Made by a program: the position numbers and the translations under genes. The notes under the pieces are model-generated. The model saw only the letters and a list, made by a program, of their open reading frames with translations, was not told the DNA's origin and did no database searches. A stretch of DNA of 64,000 nt, taken from NCBI GenBank assembly GCA_012295275.1, contig CM022678.1:3534001-3598000 (forward strand). Direction: 5' to 3'. Of this stretch, positions 1 to 19,300 are shown in pieces. This DNA comes from Chrysomallon squamiferum (lineage: Eukaryota; Animalia; Mollusca). Each line of letters opens with the position of its first letter. Positions within the stretch are counted from its first letter, which is position 1.

Positions 1-532
1 CAGATCTTCCGTGAAACTTTCTACGACATTTGGAGCAAAGCTGAAAACATTTCTCTTTGTTCATCTGTCTGATTTATTCCCGTTCTGATTTTTCTATCTA
101 TTTTAGAGGTAGTGGATATTGTTCCTGCAGTTTAAATTTGTACCTAGTTAGACGGTTTTTTTTTACTTAATATTTTGCTCCAGTTTTATGTTTTGCTAAT
201 AATATGATTTTAAAGATATATTTGAAAAACAAAATGTCTACGCTCTGACTGACTTCTCATATCAACTCATTTTTGTGAAGCTTTTTTTTTACCGACCTCA
301 GTCGTCTGATGTCTTAGGTTTATCAGCTTCTAGTGGTATGAAGAATTTTTGTAAATCTGCTTACGTAACATGTTTGGTTCGATGACGTCATATTCGGTCA
401 AAACATTTTCTACAAAGACTTAATGATTTTGTTGGATTGAAAAGTTTAGTAAGGAACAAAAACGGAAAGGCCTATTTTTATTTGTATCCTATGACTAAGA
501 ATTAATTGGAAATAATAATAATAATAATAATA

Positions 533-574
<42 letters not shown>

Positions 575-1441
575 AAATTTATAAAAAGGAAACAAAGAAA
601 AAACAGAAAAAAGAAGAAGAAAGAAGTATCTTAAACGTATATAAATGCTTCTGTCCTACTCGATTGATGTTGGCTGTTCAAAAACGGGAGATCGAAAAAT
701 GAATTCATCTTTACTTCCACTGCAGAAATGACGAATACTGTTTACCGCTCAAACTGACTGTGATAATTATATTTAATCGTTTACCTTCAGTAAATTATTT
801 ATTCATTAAAAATATTTCATTGCCACTACTACTACAACCACCGTCACCAACGCTACTACTACAACTACTTCTACTACAATTATTATTATTTGCAGTAGCA
901 GTAGTAGTTGTAGTTGTAGTTGTAGTTGTAGTTGTAGTTGTTGTAATAGTAATAGTAGTAGAAGTAGGAGGAGTAGTTGCAGTATTCTAAAACATTAGTT
1001 ACGTGGACCGAATGGCCATTTAGCCATTATATTTGAAATATAACTACGTAACTGTAGCAACAATATAATGTGACGTCATAACAATAGTGTGACGTAACTA
1101 CAGTGGATAGAGGTAATGAATAACACATCTTTTTCCTTCTCTTTTCTTCATTATTTCTTTTCTTACTGTTTTATTTATTGTATTTACTTAATTATTTAAA
1201 ATAATAATAATAATAATAATAAAATACAGACAGCGCGTATTCACCGACAAGAACCATAAACTTGCGATCTTACCGAGCAAACTTTTCGACACTAATAAAA
1301 CATATATTGATTCGATGTAGATTTAAACAGAACGATTATCACACATATTTTATGTATTGTGTAGGATGTATTTTCACCCAGGCTTACACAAATATATATA
1401 TATATATATTCTTCGTCATTTTTATTATTATTATTATTATT

Positions 1442-1476
<35 letters not shown>

Positions 1477-2420
1477 ATTAGTCTATTTCTATTTTTGTTA
1501 TTATTATTATTACGATTATTATTTTATTATTATTATTTATTTCTTTTTAAATTTTTAAATTTTTTATTTTTATTTATTTATTTTTTTTTTTTTAAATCAG
1601 TCATAAGTACATTTAACGCATTTGTCTGTGAAATATCTTATTTATGTATCATTTCTTTATTCTCTTGATTCTCGTTTTCGCGGACCTAGGTGTTCTGGTT
1701 TACGGACCAAATCTAGTAAAATCACTAAATTTTTAACTTAGCGCCATTTTCCACTTGAAACATACATCTAAGTCCTATAAAGTTATTCTGAGCCACACCA
1801 TACGACTACAGAAACCTCTCTCAATCCACTTTCCATCAGGTAAGATTTACAACTGCACCCGTAAACATCTTAACCTAACCAAATTCACCCAGCTTTGCCT
1901 ACATTTTTCTACTGTACATTTTTCTTTACGTATACTGCATGTCATTAGATAGTACTGTTTTTATGTCTGTATATTGTTCTTATATTATAATCTTACTACA
2001 TTACATAACTGCCATGTGTACTAAAATATAATGTTTCGGTACATTTAGGTTAATATTTACATTCGCGATTTCCGAGACATTTGCATTAGTTCGAGAAATC
2101 GAGGGTGAACAGTATATATTTTCTATGTCACTGTTATTGTTTCTTTTTCTTCTTCTTCTTTTATTTTTTATTTTTATTTTTATTTTTATTTTTACTCGAA
2201 GAAAAAGAGCTTGAATATATTTAACATAAATCCAGTTGATTGTGTGATCTTTTGTAGGTTATCAGTTTGTTGCTTAATAAAAGAACAAAAGCCTTTTGTC
2301 GCTTTATTCTGTTTATTTAGTTATTTATTTATTGTTGTTGCTGCGGCTTTACTTTTTATAAAGTTATGCTTTTCTTGTGAAGACGATGAAGAAATAGATA
2401 GATATAGTGAAAGAGAGCGT

Positions 2421-2462
<42 letters not shown>

Positions 2463-2517
2463 TGGTGAATTCCGATTATTCTCTACTGAGACGTACATAA
2501 AACATATTCATTCCGAA

Positions 2518-2557
<40 letters not shown>

Positions 2558-2899
2558 TTCAAGAGTGCTATAATTTAAAACAATGAATAAAGTGGGGGTT
2601 TTTTATGTATAAATTTATTTTCAGTAAATATTAAAAGACGCACTTTCACAAAATGATATCATCCTAATAATATCAATAATAACTGTTAATATTATCGCTA
2701 TTTTGTCAGTTTTGAAGTAAAATCATCTTGATGAATATTTTAAAACAGGTTTGATGTAATTGTGTACATAAATTAGAAATATGATTTTATATATAAAAAA
2801 AAATAACAAATGTTTTGCTTATTATTGCAACACAAAATCAGTTTCATGTGAAACGTCATCAGGAAATCCGGGTTGATTTCCGTTCTTGTGGGGGATTTG

Positions 2900-2930
<31 letters not shown>

Positions 2931-3557
2931 AGAAAGAAGAAACATGAAAAATTAAATGAACATTATGATGATAAAATGCAAGTAAATAAGACATATGCTG
3001 TTACATTTGTAAACATTGTAAAAATTAAAATAATATTAATTTATATATAAATATATATATATATCATTTGTATATGCCATTGTAAACAGAAAGAAAAGAA
3101 ACACGAAACTATAAACTGTATGACAAGGAAATGGTATAAATTCAGACACACACACAGACACACACACAGATACACAGACATACACACACACATACACACT
3201 TACACTCACATACGTTCACTACAGTAGAAAAATAATGTTTTAAATCAGTGTGTATATCAATATGAGCTTTATAAATATTACAAATTTGTATAAAACACAT
3301 TAAAAATTAATTTAATATTTTAATAAAAATTTGTATAAATTTATAAATACCACTTATAAGAAAGGGAAAAAAAAAAAATAAAATAAATAAAAATAAAATA
3401 AAACAGTATAAAAATGTATATAAACCACGGTAAAAGTGAATTATTATTATTATTATTATTATAAAAATTTGTAAATACCACTGCACAAAATAAATTAAAA
3501 CTGATCATTTTTGGTAATATTATCACAGTTTGGAATTTAAAAAAAAAAAAAAAAAGG

Positions 3558-8697
<5,140 letters not shown>

Positions 8698-9153
8698 GTT
8701 ACGAAGTGATAAGGTTTCACCTAGCTACTGGTAATCCAAAACCGGGGAGGAGCTTTCGGACACCAAACTCGAAAAAAGCCGCAAAACATGAGCACGCTGT
8801 CGGTTTTGACGAGTTTAGTTATTTTTCTTTTTCTTTTCTGTATTTCGTAGTTTAATATTTAATAATTATTGCTCAGACGTACATCAGCGAATTCCCGTTT
8901 CGTTTGTTCAGAGTACCGCTCGTCTCTGCAACGTGATTACGTCTGCAGACTGGTTAGAAACGCGAGAAACAATAAAAAATCTAAATCCAGCCTGAGTCCA
9001 TACACTGGTCACGACGTAACATAAAAGACCCATTGTTGGGAATAATACTGCGTGATGAGAGCGTGGCCCAGTCGAGCGGTCTGTTCACTTTTCCTGCAGG
9101 GATTGGAAACGTAACAATTTTGAGCCAGACGTGAACAATTTACTAGTTGCACT

Positions 9154-9209
<56 letters not shown>

Positions 9210-9635
9210 TATCAAGGGTGGATTTGGTGGAGGGTGGGTTAACGCAGTTGATTTAGCAGACGATCGAAATCAATTATTCATACTTTTTTTTTTAACTGAA
9301 TTTATTTTATTTTATATAATTATAATTAATAAAAAAAAAAAAAAAAAACTTTTATTTATTTCTTTTTTTATTTCATTTTTTTTTTTTTTTATATTATTAT
9401 TATTATCTATTTTATATATATATATATATATTTTTTTTTTTCTAATTACATGCATATCATTAAAAGGGAATATCTTTTATTATTATTATTTTTTTTTTTT
9501 TAACCCACACTAAATTCACGTCCGCACATACACTGGGGGTAGGGTGTTACTTCAAGAATCTTGTATCTTCACTAAGTTTGTTATTATCACTTTCCAAACA
9601 TGAAGTAAGTCTAGCGATGTGCGCCTCTATCGTTC

Positions 9636-9908
9636 CGCTCTGGCAAAATCCTTATTCATCAACCAGTGGTGTTAATTTCGTGGGTGTAAATATAATAAAA
9701 AAGATTTTTAAAGTATATAAAACAAAGAGATTATTTTTCATGGCCACGGATGGCCTTGTAAGCAAAGACATTAATTACACCACCATACGTCACTGTTTTG
9801 TGAGTTTACCAAGAAACGAGAAAACAAACAAATGAACGAAGAAGTAAAAAAAATTTAAAAATGAAAGAACGATTGTCTATGAACAAATAAATTTAAAAAT
9901 GATTGACA
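9636..9908 (+). repeat. About 280-bp dispersed direct repeat, copy 2 (upstream of fucosyltransferase coding exon 1)
   Basis: Diverged copy of 7365-7648 in the same orientation. Confidence 0.85.
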
Positions 9909-11054
9909 ACGTGAATGGATTCGTTTGAAAATTGTTACCTGAAAGGGTTGACTGAAATAACTGGCTGAATGAGTAGACGAAATACTGATTGATTTAAACT
10001 GATGAATATAATACTGCAAATGAATGCGTAGATGAAAGGATAACGAAGAGAATAACTAAATGTCTGAATAACTAAAAGAAATAATTATAAACTAAATTAA
10101 TAAATAGATGTTTAAAAGACACAGCTTTTTATTTTAATATTAAGTGTTGTTTAACAACAACAAAATAATAACAGTGAAATTAATAAATAGATTAATTTTA
10201 ATATTTCATTGTGTTTACCTCTTTCTTTAGGAAAGAATGAAGGACTGAATGAATGAAAGAATGAAACAAAAAGAATGAATGAATGAATATATACATACAT
10301 TAATCAATGAAAGAAAGGATGAACGAATATGCCTTAGTATAATTAACGAACTAATGAAAGAACGATAAACGGAAGAATAAGTGAATGAACGAATGTTTAT
10401 ATGGATTACAAAAGTTCTTTTTTTAATGTCAAGAAATAACGAATAAATAGACGAATTAATTAATATATTCACAAAATAAAGAATAAATGTCTAACACATG
10501 GAATAAATAATTTTAAAATGACAAAGTTCCAGACACGTTGCCACCAACAGCAACATTTCTCGATTTTCACCTTCAAATAAATGAAAAACGCATAAAAACT
10601 GATTATCCAGTCAAGGAGCATTTTCTGGAATGGGCAAAATGAATATTTTTTTTTTTTTTTTTTTTTTTTTAATAGACATACTTAGACGACGACGTCGTCG
10701 GTGAATTAAAATCTTTAACTTTGATTTGTGTTTCGACCTCGAAAATATATGACCTTTTGTTTATTGACGTCATATTGCATATGACGCGATTAAAAAAATA
10801 TTTACCAATCAGAGACAGGCTTGCATTTTCCGCCACTGATTTCCCAGTAGTATAAGTCTTAGCGTGATGGTGTCAGTTATGCTCGATATTTCACATCTGT
10901 TTAGACTAATTTTGTATGATTTATTAATTAGCTGTCCTTTAAATGGATACTGTTCATGAAATTTTAAAGATTTATTAACAAGCAAAGAAAAGAAAAGAAA
11001 TGACTTTCGTTCACTTTAATTTGAACAGATAAATAACAACAACAACAACTAGTA

Positions 11055-11104
<50 letters not shown>

Positions 11105-12332
11105 TTAGTTATTATATAGTGTACAGGTCGTAGTATTATTATGTAATATTTTATAATATAATTAATATTTATAATATAATATAATTAATATATATGACGT
11201 TAGATAATTAATATTTAAAATTTAACATAATTAAAATTCATGATAAAAATATTTATTAACAAAAGGGAGTATTTATTATATATGCTTTTGAATAGAAATG
11301 TGTGTATGTTTGTATGTACATATGTGTGTCTGAACGTCTCTATATATATCTGTCTACATTTGTGTGAATGTATGTAATATAATATACATGTGTATGTATA
11401 GCTGTAGAATGTTTTTTGTATTTTTGACATGTAATGTGTACGTTCATGGATGAGAAAACTGCCAGGTTAAAAATAAAAAATAAAACAGTTGTAAATACCT
11501 TTTCATTAATTTAGCGATTCTCATCCATTTATTCTTTTTTGTTCATTCATTTACTGATTCGTTTAATTATTCACTAATTCATTTGATAATTCACTGATTT
11601 AATTCAGTTAATATGTGTGAGTTATTCATAAATGCATTTATAAATTTACACCAAACCATACCATACCATTTGATTGCATTAAATTCAAATTCAGTTATGT
11701 ACTCATTCATTCACTTATTCGCGTATTCAGTTTTTTTCACTGATTTGTTTGTTCAGTCATAAACTAAACTAAGTCTCGCCAAACAATTAATTATTAACTA
11801 ATTTACCCAGGCTTGCATTCTGGAAGGAAGAAAACGAGAAAAGAATCATCGATATAATCGATCAAAAGTAATTAGCAAACAAAAGAGTATTATGTGAAAC
11901 GCAAAACAGGTAGCAGATAAACCAGTGCCACGCCCTTGGGCCACACCTCTTTTTATCGATTTTTCATTAACCATTGTTTTTCTACATTCCACAAAGATTG
12001 CAAAAACAGGATTTCGGAAAAAAGAGAACCATTACTTTGATAGACGTTTTCATAATAAAAAAAAATATTTCGGTCGGAAGAAACTAGGGGTTGGGTGGGG
12101 TTAAACCGCTAGGGTGCGTCCTTATCGGTACTGGCGCGTGTAATACGTTTTTCATTTTCTTTCATATAAAAATATATATGCATAAACATGTAGAAGAAAT
12201 ATATATATATGTAACTATAGAAACAGTGAATTTATTTTATTTTATTTTATTTTTACAATCGCTATTAGTTGCATTCATGTCGTTTCGGATAAATACAGTT
12301 TTATTCAAGGTCAAAAAACAACAACAGCAGCA

Positions 12333-12430
<98 letters not shown>

Positions 12431-12532
12431 AAGTACATTTAAGAAATAAAAATAATATAAAATAGAATAAAATAATATTTAAATTACATTAAAACACAGT
12501 GTAAAGAATTTTGCAAAATTGTAAACGGTTCT

Positions 12533-12568
<36 letters not shown>

Positions 12569-12585
12569 TAGACACACCGCTGTCA

Positions 12586-12633
<48 letters not shown>

Positions 12634-14280
12634 CATCCTTGAACGATCATCGTCATCATCATCATCATTATCATTATCATTATTATTATTATTTAAAACG
12701 TAATCTGCCTTCTATTTACACTATAATAAAAAAAATGTCAACTGCAGACGGTAATATTTTTATTTATTCATCAAGTCCTGGTAGTTGTATTGATTAGATC
12801 TTTGTTTATTTCGACAAATCAATCGTTGTAACAATTAAAATCATCTAAAATAATTCAGGCAAGAGTAGTTTCCCTTGTTTGTGTTAATGGACTACGAACA
12901 AGATTGATATTCAAAAATGTTTTAAGTCGACAAAAAAACAAGACCGTGCGGAATATATATTTACTTTTATATTTCAAGCATTTGTTATTTATTTTTATTT
13001 TTATTAACTGCGTCAGTTTTATTTTGTTTTGGATATTTTTGCTATATTTTATGAAATAATTATGTTTTCGTTTCTTATATTATTATTACTTTTTTTTTTT
13101 TGTCCCGCTGTAAGTTTTATTAATAATATAATTTCCATTTGTTTTGACTGTTAAATTACTAAATACGTTTGATGGTTATTTTGTTATATCATAGCTTTTC
13201 TTTAGCTGTATAACTGAGCATGCGCGAGATCTGTTGCTGCGTTTGTATTTACTCAGTCTGGTTAGTTTATTTACAAACTGACTTGGTAACATAGTTCTTT
13301 CTTACTTTTTTTTTTTTTTTTTTTTATTCAAAAATTAATACCAAATAGTATTAAATTAATACAAAAACATATAATTTTAAATGCACGAAAATTGATAACA
13401 AAAACAAAAACAAACACATAAAGTATAAAAATTAAAACTCCTTTTATTAAAATAAATGCACAGTAATGGTTAGTGACATTAGTATCAGACCAGTTTGTTC
13501 ACCATTCATCTTGATGTTATGAAATCTAAATAAAACTGTCTAATGAATCAATTTAAAAATATTTAATAACTGACCAGCAAAAATACACATTCAGATTTTA
13601 CTGTAACACTTGTTACATTTTTCTGAAATTTAATTCCACTGTAACAGCACACGAAAAATAATATGAAAATAAAAATATTTTATTGTGCACGGATTTAGGG
13701 TTTTCATATGTAGGCTCTTGCAGTCCTAATAACTACAGTTTTACCAAATGAAAAAAAAAAAAAAAAAAAAATAAAACAACCCCAAAATCCTAAAATTTAG
13801 CTAATGATGTGTGTGTGTGTGTGTGTGTGATGTGTGGGTGTATGCATAATTTTTTATATATATATATGGGTTAGCATCTGAAGAAAAAAATTATTGGTTA
13901 TTGTGGATCAATACATGTTTATATAACTTCCTATTAACTTTTAGTCTAAAACAGAAAAATTAAAAATTAAAAATTAAAAAACACATAAATAAAACATTTG
14001 AGCTAATCAACAGAAAACTATATTTGTAAAACGTAACTGTTATTCAGTATATTGTGAAAATAAATTTGGGTAACAAGGCACTAAAAAGCAATTTATATTG
14101 CTTCACTAAGTTGATGAGTTTAAAAATAATGGAAATAAAATATGTCTGGGTATTTTTCTTTTCTTAATTACTTTATGAAAATAGCTAAGTTGTAATGTTA
14201 AATGAATAATAATAACAGTCAAAATTAAATTAAGAATGTTTTCGTAAATAGAAAACAATAGTATATCTTTTCTCATTCTC

Positions 14281-14320
<40 letters not shown>

Positions 14321-14467
14321 GTGAAAGCAGATAATAATTTTGAATATTTGATAAAAGTAAAATGTCTTACTGTTTTGTTTTTACTTACTTTAGTTTTTGT
14401 TTATTTATTTATTTATTTATTTATTTATGCTTCTGTTATCTCAATCACCTTATTTACACAGAAAATA

Positions 14468-15109
14468 TTAAGGTTTCCAAATAGGTCGATCACAAGCTGC
14501 GGATCCTGGCCTTGAACCTGGTCTTGACCCTTGACCAGATGCTGGCCTTGACTTTGACCTGTAGATTTTTCTGTCTTTTCTAAGAGAACCTTGTGGCTCT
14601 ATATTTCCTTTTATGTACAAATCCACAGGCACAAAAATATGAGGCTTTGGTCTCCTTTCTTTATTCCCCCAAGGTGCTTCAAAACTTGGTTGTTCTGGTT
14701 TCGGTCCAAATAAAGTCTCGTCTACGAAGGTGGGATTATGTTTCACGTGTTTATTGTTGGACAGTTTCCCAGAGGCCACTGTCTTTTTGCGTCCGAATGT
14801 CGACGTCACATTTCCAACTACGCTGACGTGAGGCTCTGGTGCCCACAGAAGTGGATGTCCTCGTTTGTCCGTTCTCAGTTCGTTGTTTGTAACATCCCAG
14901 ATATCTTTCTTTTTGTAAGCCCAGGGTGGCTTGAAATTAACCGTTTCCTCCAGCTTGCTTGGTATGTGAGATTTAAACAGTGTTTCGTCAACGTTTGAAG
15001 AATGTGCTATGGTGTGGTATCCATGGTGTTTGCCTAGTGACGAACTTGGCCGGAATTCAGTTACTGACGGTGGTCTTGTTCCAATGAGTTCCAAACTAGA
15101 TGTTGTCAT
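14468..15109 (-). CDS. RITA1: RBPJ-interacting and tubulin-associated protein 1-like, single coding exon, 213 aa
   Basis: Two RITA repeats (SNVDETLF...FKPPW and PTFVDETLFG...FEAPW), a CSL-binding phi-W-phi-P motif LLWAP, and C-terminal RPIWKP (human KPPWK). Probable 5'UTR intron 15828-15145 (gtaagc...ttttacag). Confidence 0.9.
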   Translation of the reverse strand: MTTSSLELIGTRPPSVTEFRPSSSLGKHHGYHTIAHSSNVDETLFKSHIPSKLEETVNFKPPWAYKKKDIWDVTNNELRTDKRGHPLLWAPEPHVSVVGNVTSTFGRKKTVASGKLSNNKHVKHNPTFVDETLFGPKPEQPSFEAPWGNKERRPKPHIFVPVDLYIKGNIEPQGSLRKDRKIYRSKSRPASGQGSRPGSRPGSAACDRPIWKP

Positions 15110-15999
15110 GGCTACTGGGTTTATAAAAGCAGCAAATGAATTAACTGTAAAATAACATGAAATTAATAATCAAAAAAAGATAAAGATGAAGAAAGATGAG
15201 GGCACAATGAGGGAATATGTAAGAAGACTACTTCTCATTAGAAATAAAATTATATTAGGTTTTTTTAACAGCAACATTTGAAACATATGACTACTGAAAC
15301 ACTATTTACATGGATATCATGTACATGTTCATAACAGAACATGGATAATGAGTGACCCATAGATTCATAAAAGTAAGTATTTCTGAAAACTACGACATTT
15401 GTAACAAATGTTCTAACTTTCCTACAATTCTGAGTTTTTCTTGAAACTCAAACTGATTATTGGTTGCTCTTTGAATACCAACAGCACAACTCTGAATATC
15501 AATTTTACATGTAGGTTTTGAAACAATGTTTACTGTTATCCATATACCTATTGCATGGATTTTATCTTCTATATTTCGACTGATATTTAATTATTTATTA
15601 AAACTATAATTAATAGTACAACTTAGACCTAAGTATTGTTTTAAATAATAATATAGTCAGTGTTCTTTTATGTAATTACTGTTTATAAAAATGCATGTAA
15701 TAAATGAATAAAAAAATTATTAAACTATTCCTGAAATAAGCATAATGTCACAATTGTGTTAATAGTTGTAATATTTATATTCATATATACTCATAATACT
15801 GGTCGACAGGAAAATTTTTGCAGCTTACCGAAACTATACTAGTAAGTCAGCAATCCAACAGCACTTCAGATATGCGAACATTTTCTTTAGCAGTGTCATC
15901 CATTACAGTTCTTCTCATGTTACCGTGAAACTGGGTTTATGGATTTATGTTAATGTAGTTTACATTCGTGCACAAACTGATGTTAGCTGATGTTCCTCC

Positions 16000-16360
16000 G
16001 TCGTCGTCGTCTGTCAAGCTACAGTGCTGACAACAAGCACCATCAATGACCTTGTCCGATCGAGATATTTGCATAAATTAATTATCGGTTGTTTTCGATG
16101 TTGTCGGAAATGTTAATTTTTTTACAATCAGATGCTATTTTTTAAAAATAAGTTCATATAAAAGCCTTTAAAACATATTTTAAGAGAAATAGTAACTTAA
16201 AAGAAAAAAATATCCCAATTTTATTGACACTGGACCACAAGCCACGCCGATTTTTACATGTAAGTACCCGTATGAAGTCAAGATGGCGGGTTTTCGCAGA
16301 AGAATTGTGTTTTTGAAAGGCAGAAAACGACATACATCAGTGCTTTGCCTTCATGCAAAC
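16000..16360. promoter_or_regulatory. Probable bidirectional promoter between RITA1 (-) and USPL1 (+)
   Basis: Divergent gene arrangement, local CpG enrichment, octamer ATTTGCAT at about 16067 and YY1-type AAGATGGCGG at 16280-16289. Transcription starts cannot be seen directly. Confidence 0.5.
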
Positions 16361-19300
16361 GGTATAATCATGTTAATAATAATAACGTATAATTTACTAA
16401 AAACTATTTCTAACTTAATAGGGCTTTCATATTTACGATTTATCATAAATATCTCGGTCTTCCGGTGGCATGGCTCTACCGCATTAAATCTTTTCTTTTG
16501 TGAACGTGAGAGTAACTCTATTTGTAATTATTGTCGAACGTTGTAAATACGTTTTGCTACGTTTAGCCCACATAGTAAATGGACTTAACAAGTAATGGAA
16601 ATAGAGCTTATATGCCAGTTAACTATGTTGTCTTAATATCTTTGTTGACAAAGAAAGATAACGCTGCTGACAACTTGTAATTTCAGTCTTGGAGTAGACA
16701 AAAAAGTAAGCAAACAATATTTTCAGATAATAACTGTTTATTATTATATATTTAAGTTTGATATACTAGTGTTTATATGCTGCATATAATTAATGGTAAT
16801 ACAAATCAAAGTATAAACACTATGAAGTATAATCGTAAAGATAAACAAATAAAACATAAATAATAAAATATAAATTTACGAAATTGACGTTCACAGCATT
16901 AACCTCATTAAGTAAATACAGTCCAGGGAAACAGAAAGATAAATTAAATCTGTTTTTAATTGAATAATAACACTGAATAATTTTTAAATTTGATTTTGTG
17001 AATCTTTTTAAATTCATCTATAAATAGAATTCATATGAACAGGTCACTTCATTTAATGACACAGATTTAGTTATTATTTCTGTTATTATCTTCAGATAAA
17101 CAGTGTATTGAATTATAAAATATATTAACATTTTCTAAAATTACATTAAAATAATACCTGCGAGTTCAGCAACATAACACAATATACAGTAAATACTGAT
17201 TTTAATTCTAACTTAAATTAAAAAAAATTAAGAATAAATATAATTCTTGTAATAGATGAAGATGCATACACGTCAGAGAACAAATTATTAACTATATGTT
17301 TTCTGTTCCAGTATCGAGTAAATGGTGGTGTGTTTTTCATTTGATAAATACCAGGGGAAAGTGTCCGTGTTTTAATTAATGAATAAATAGGGTTTTATTT
17401 CTGATGGATGTATGCCAGTACTTCGAAACGGTACAAATATATGGACCTCTGTTAGCACATGCAGACAGACTAGCAACCCAGTCATCCACAACCTTTCCTT
17501 TCCTTATTATTTTCTATTTTTTCCACTTTAAAGTCATAAAATAGAAGTCAAGTTTAAAAATTATTATCACTACTGTTTATTTTAATCCTTGAATCCATAG
17601 TTCAGTCATTACCACGATAAATATATTTATATAATATTATATACCATTAAGTGTTTGAAACGTAATTTTAAAAAATTAAGTGCATATGGGATGCAATGCA
17701 TTATTTCAGTTACGAACAAAAACTGATCAGAAATGAAAGAAGAAGAAATTAATATTGAGAACAGTAATGATCAAGGTCTGGATTTTTTTCTGTTTTTTTT
17801 TCTTCTTTCTTTGCTCCATTTTTGCACAGGTGGTCGTATAAAAGGATCCATGATTTTCAATCTACTTTTTCAGAGTTGAGCCAGTACTGAAAAGCAGTAG
17901 ACTTTGACGGAGCTTTTATAATATTGTAGTGTGATTAATCTGTCAGTAACTCAGTTAATCCATCCATCCATCCATCCGTCGGTCATACCACACCGTCTGT
18001 TGCATCTGAATGGTAAGACAAGTGGAGCTGCTTCTGGTTTGTGGATTGTTGGTGTAAGGTACCACAAATAACACGAAGTCATCAGCTCACTGCCTGGGGA
18101 GTACAAACGTAACAACGTTGCAGCAGTCTGTCGGTAACGTCACGCCGACAGCATTTGTAATAAGAGACTAGTATAAGTAGCTCAGTTGTAAAACAGAAAA
18201 TTATTTTTTTTTTTTTTTTACATTTTGGATTCTAGATTCTTGGATAGTAGTATCATGAATACTGGTTTATTTTTTCATTAGCAGTATTAAGAATAAAAAA
18301 TTAGTTTTAAAGTAATTGTATGTATATAGTTGCAAACTATGTTATTTGGATATAAAATGCATCATAATCATGGTAGTGAAAATATCAACAAAGTTAACAA
18401 TTATATATGTATATATATATATATATATTGTTTATAGTTATTTAAAAAAAAAATGTATTATGCAACCAGTTTTACATCTGAGCTACTGTTCATACCACAT
18501 AATGGAGAATGAAATGAAATAAAAATTTTAATTTGAAGAAGAAGTTAAAGTTACTGACATTTGTCAGCTACAGTGGATGGTGTGATGATTTCACCTAATT
18601 ATTGGCTACTCTGTCTAAAATAATTTAATTAAAAAGAAGAAGATTATAATGAATGCAGGTTGGAAAAAAAAAAGGTGAGCTAAAGGCATTCAAATTGCTT
18701 GAAAAACAACCCAATGAAAAACGGTTGAAGCAGATTTGAGAAAAGCTGTTCCATTGTACTCCCCTGCGTGAATCTTGATTTATGATTATTCATACCAGAT
18801 GTTGATTAAAGTAGAAAACTAGACACGGTTGTCATAGCTACAGTTTCCAATTCGGGTATTGCACCCAGCAGTCTCCCTTGGTTTCCGTGGGATACTGCAC
18901 TCTCCCTGTTGGATGCTACAGATGTTTATTATTAGTTTTAAAATTTTATTTATTTATTTATTTTTTTATGTTCAAAATTTATGTATATATTACCATTAAT
19001 TTGTTTTATTCAGATATCGTATATGTATAGTATATGAGGTAATTTATTTTAATTTCTGTGTATGTTACCTATGTTATATGTAATGTATCATTTATTACAT
19101 GTTTATATATCACATCAGCCATTTTGGTGTTACTGCTTCTAAATATTTTCAGCGATATTACTTCATGTGTGTTTTTTAACTAGATAGATGACGTCAAATT
19201 TACATCTGTGACACCAGGATTAATACTGTGTGTTTAGTTTGCAGTATTAGTTGGGTATGCTACCCTGTTTCACTGGATGTTACCTTATTTGATGATGGTT

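Noticed and set aside
16283-16546. 87-aa ORF starting in AAGATGGCGG
   Set aside because: No recognisable protein; better explained as a YY1-type motif or uORF running into intron sequence.
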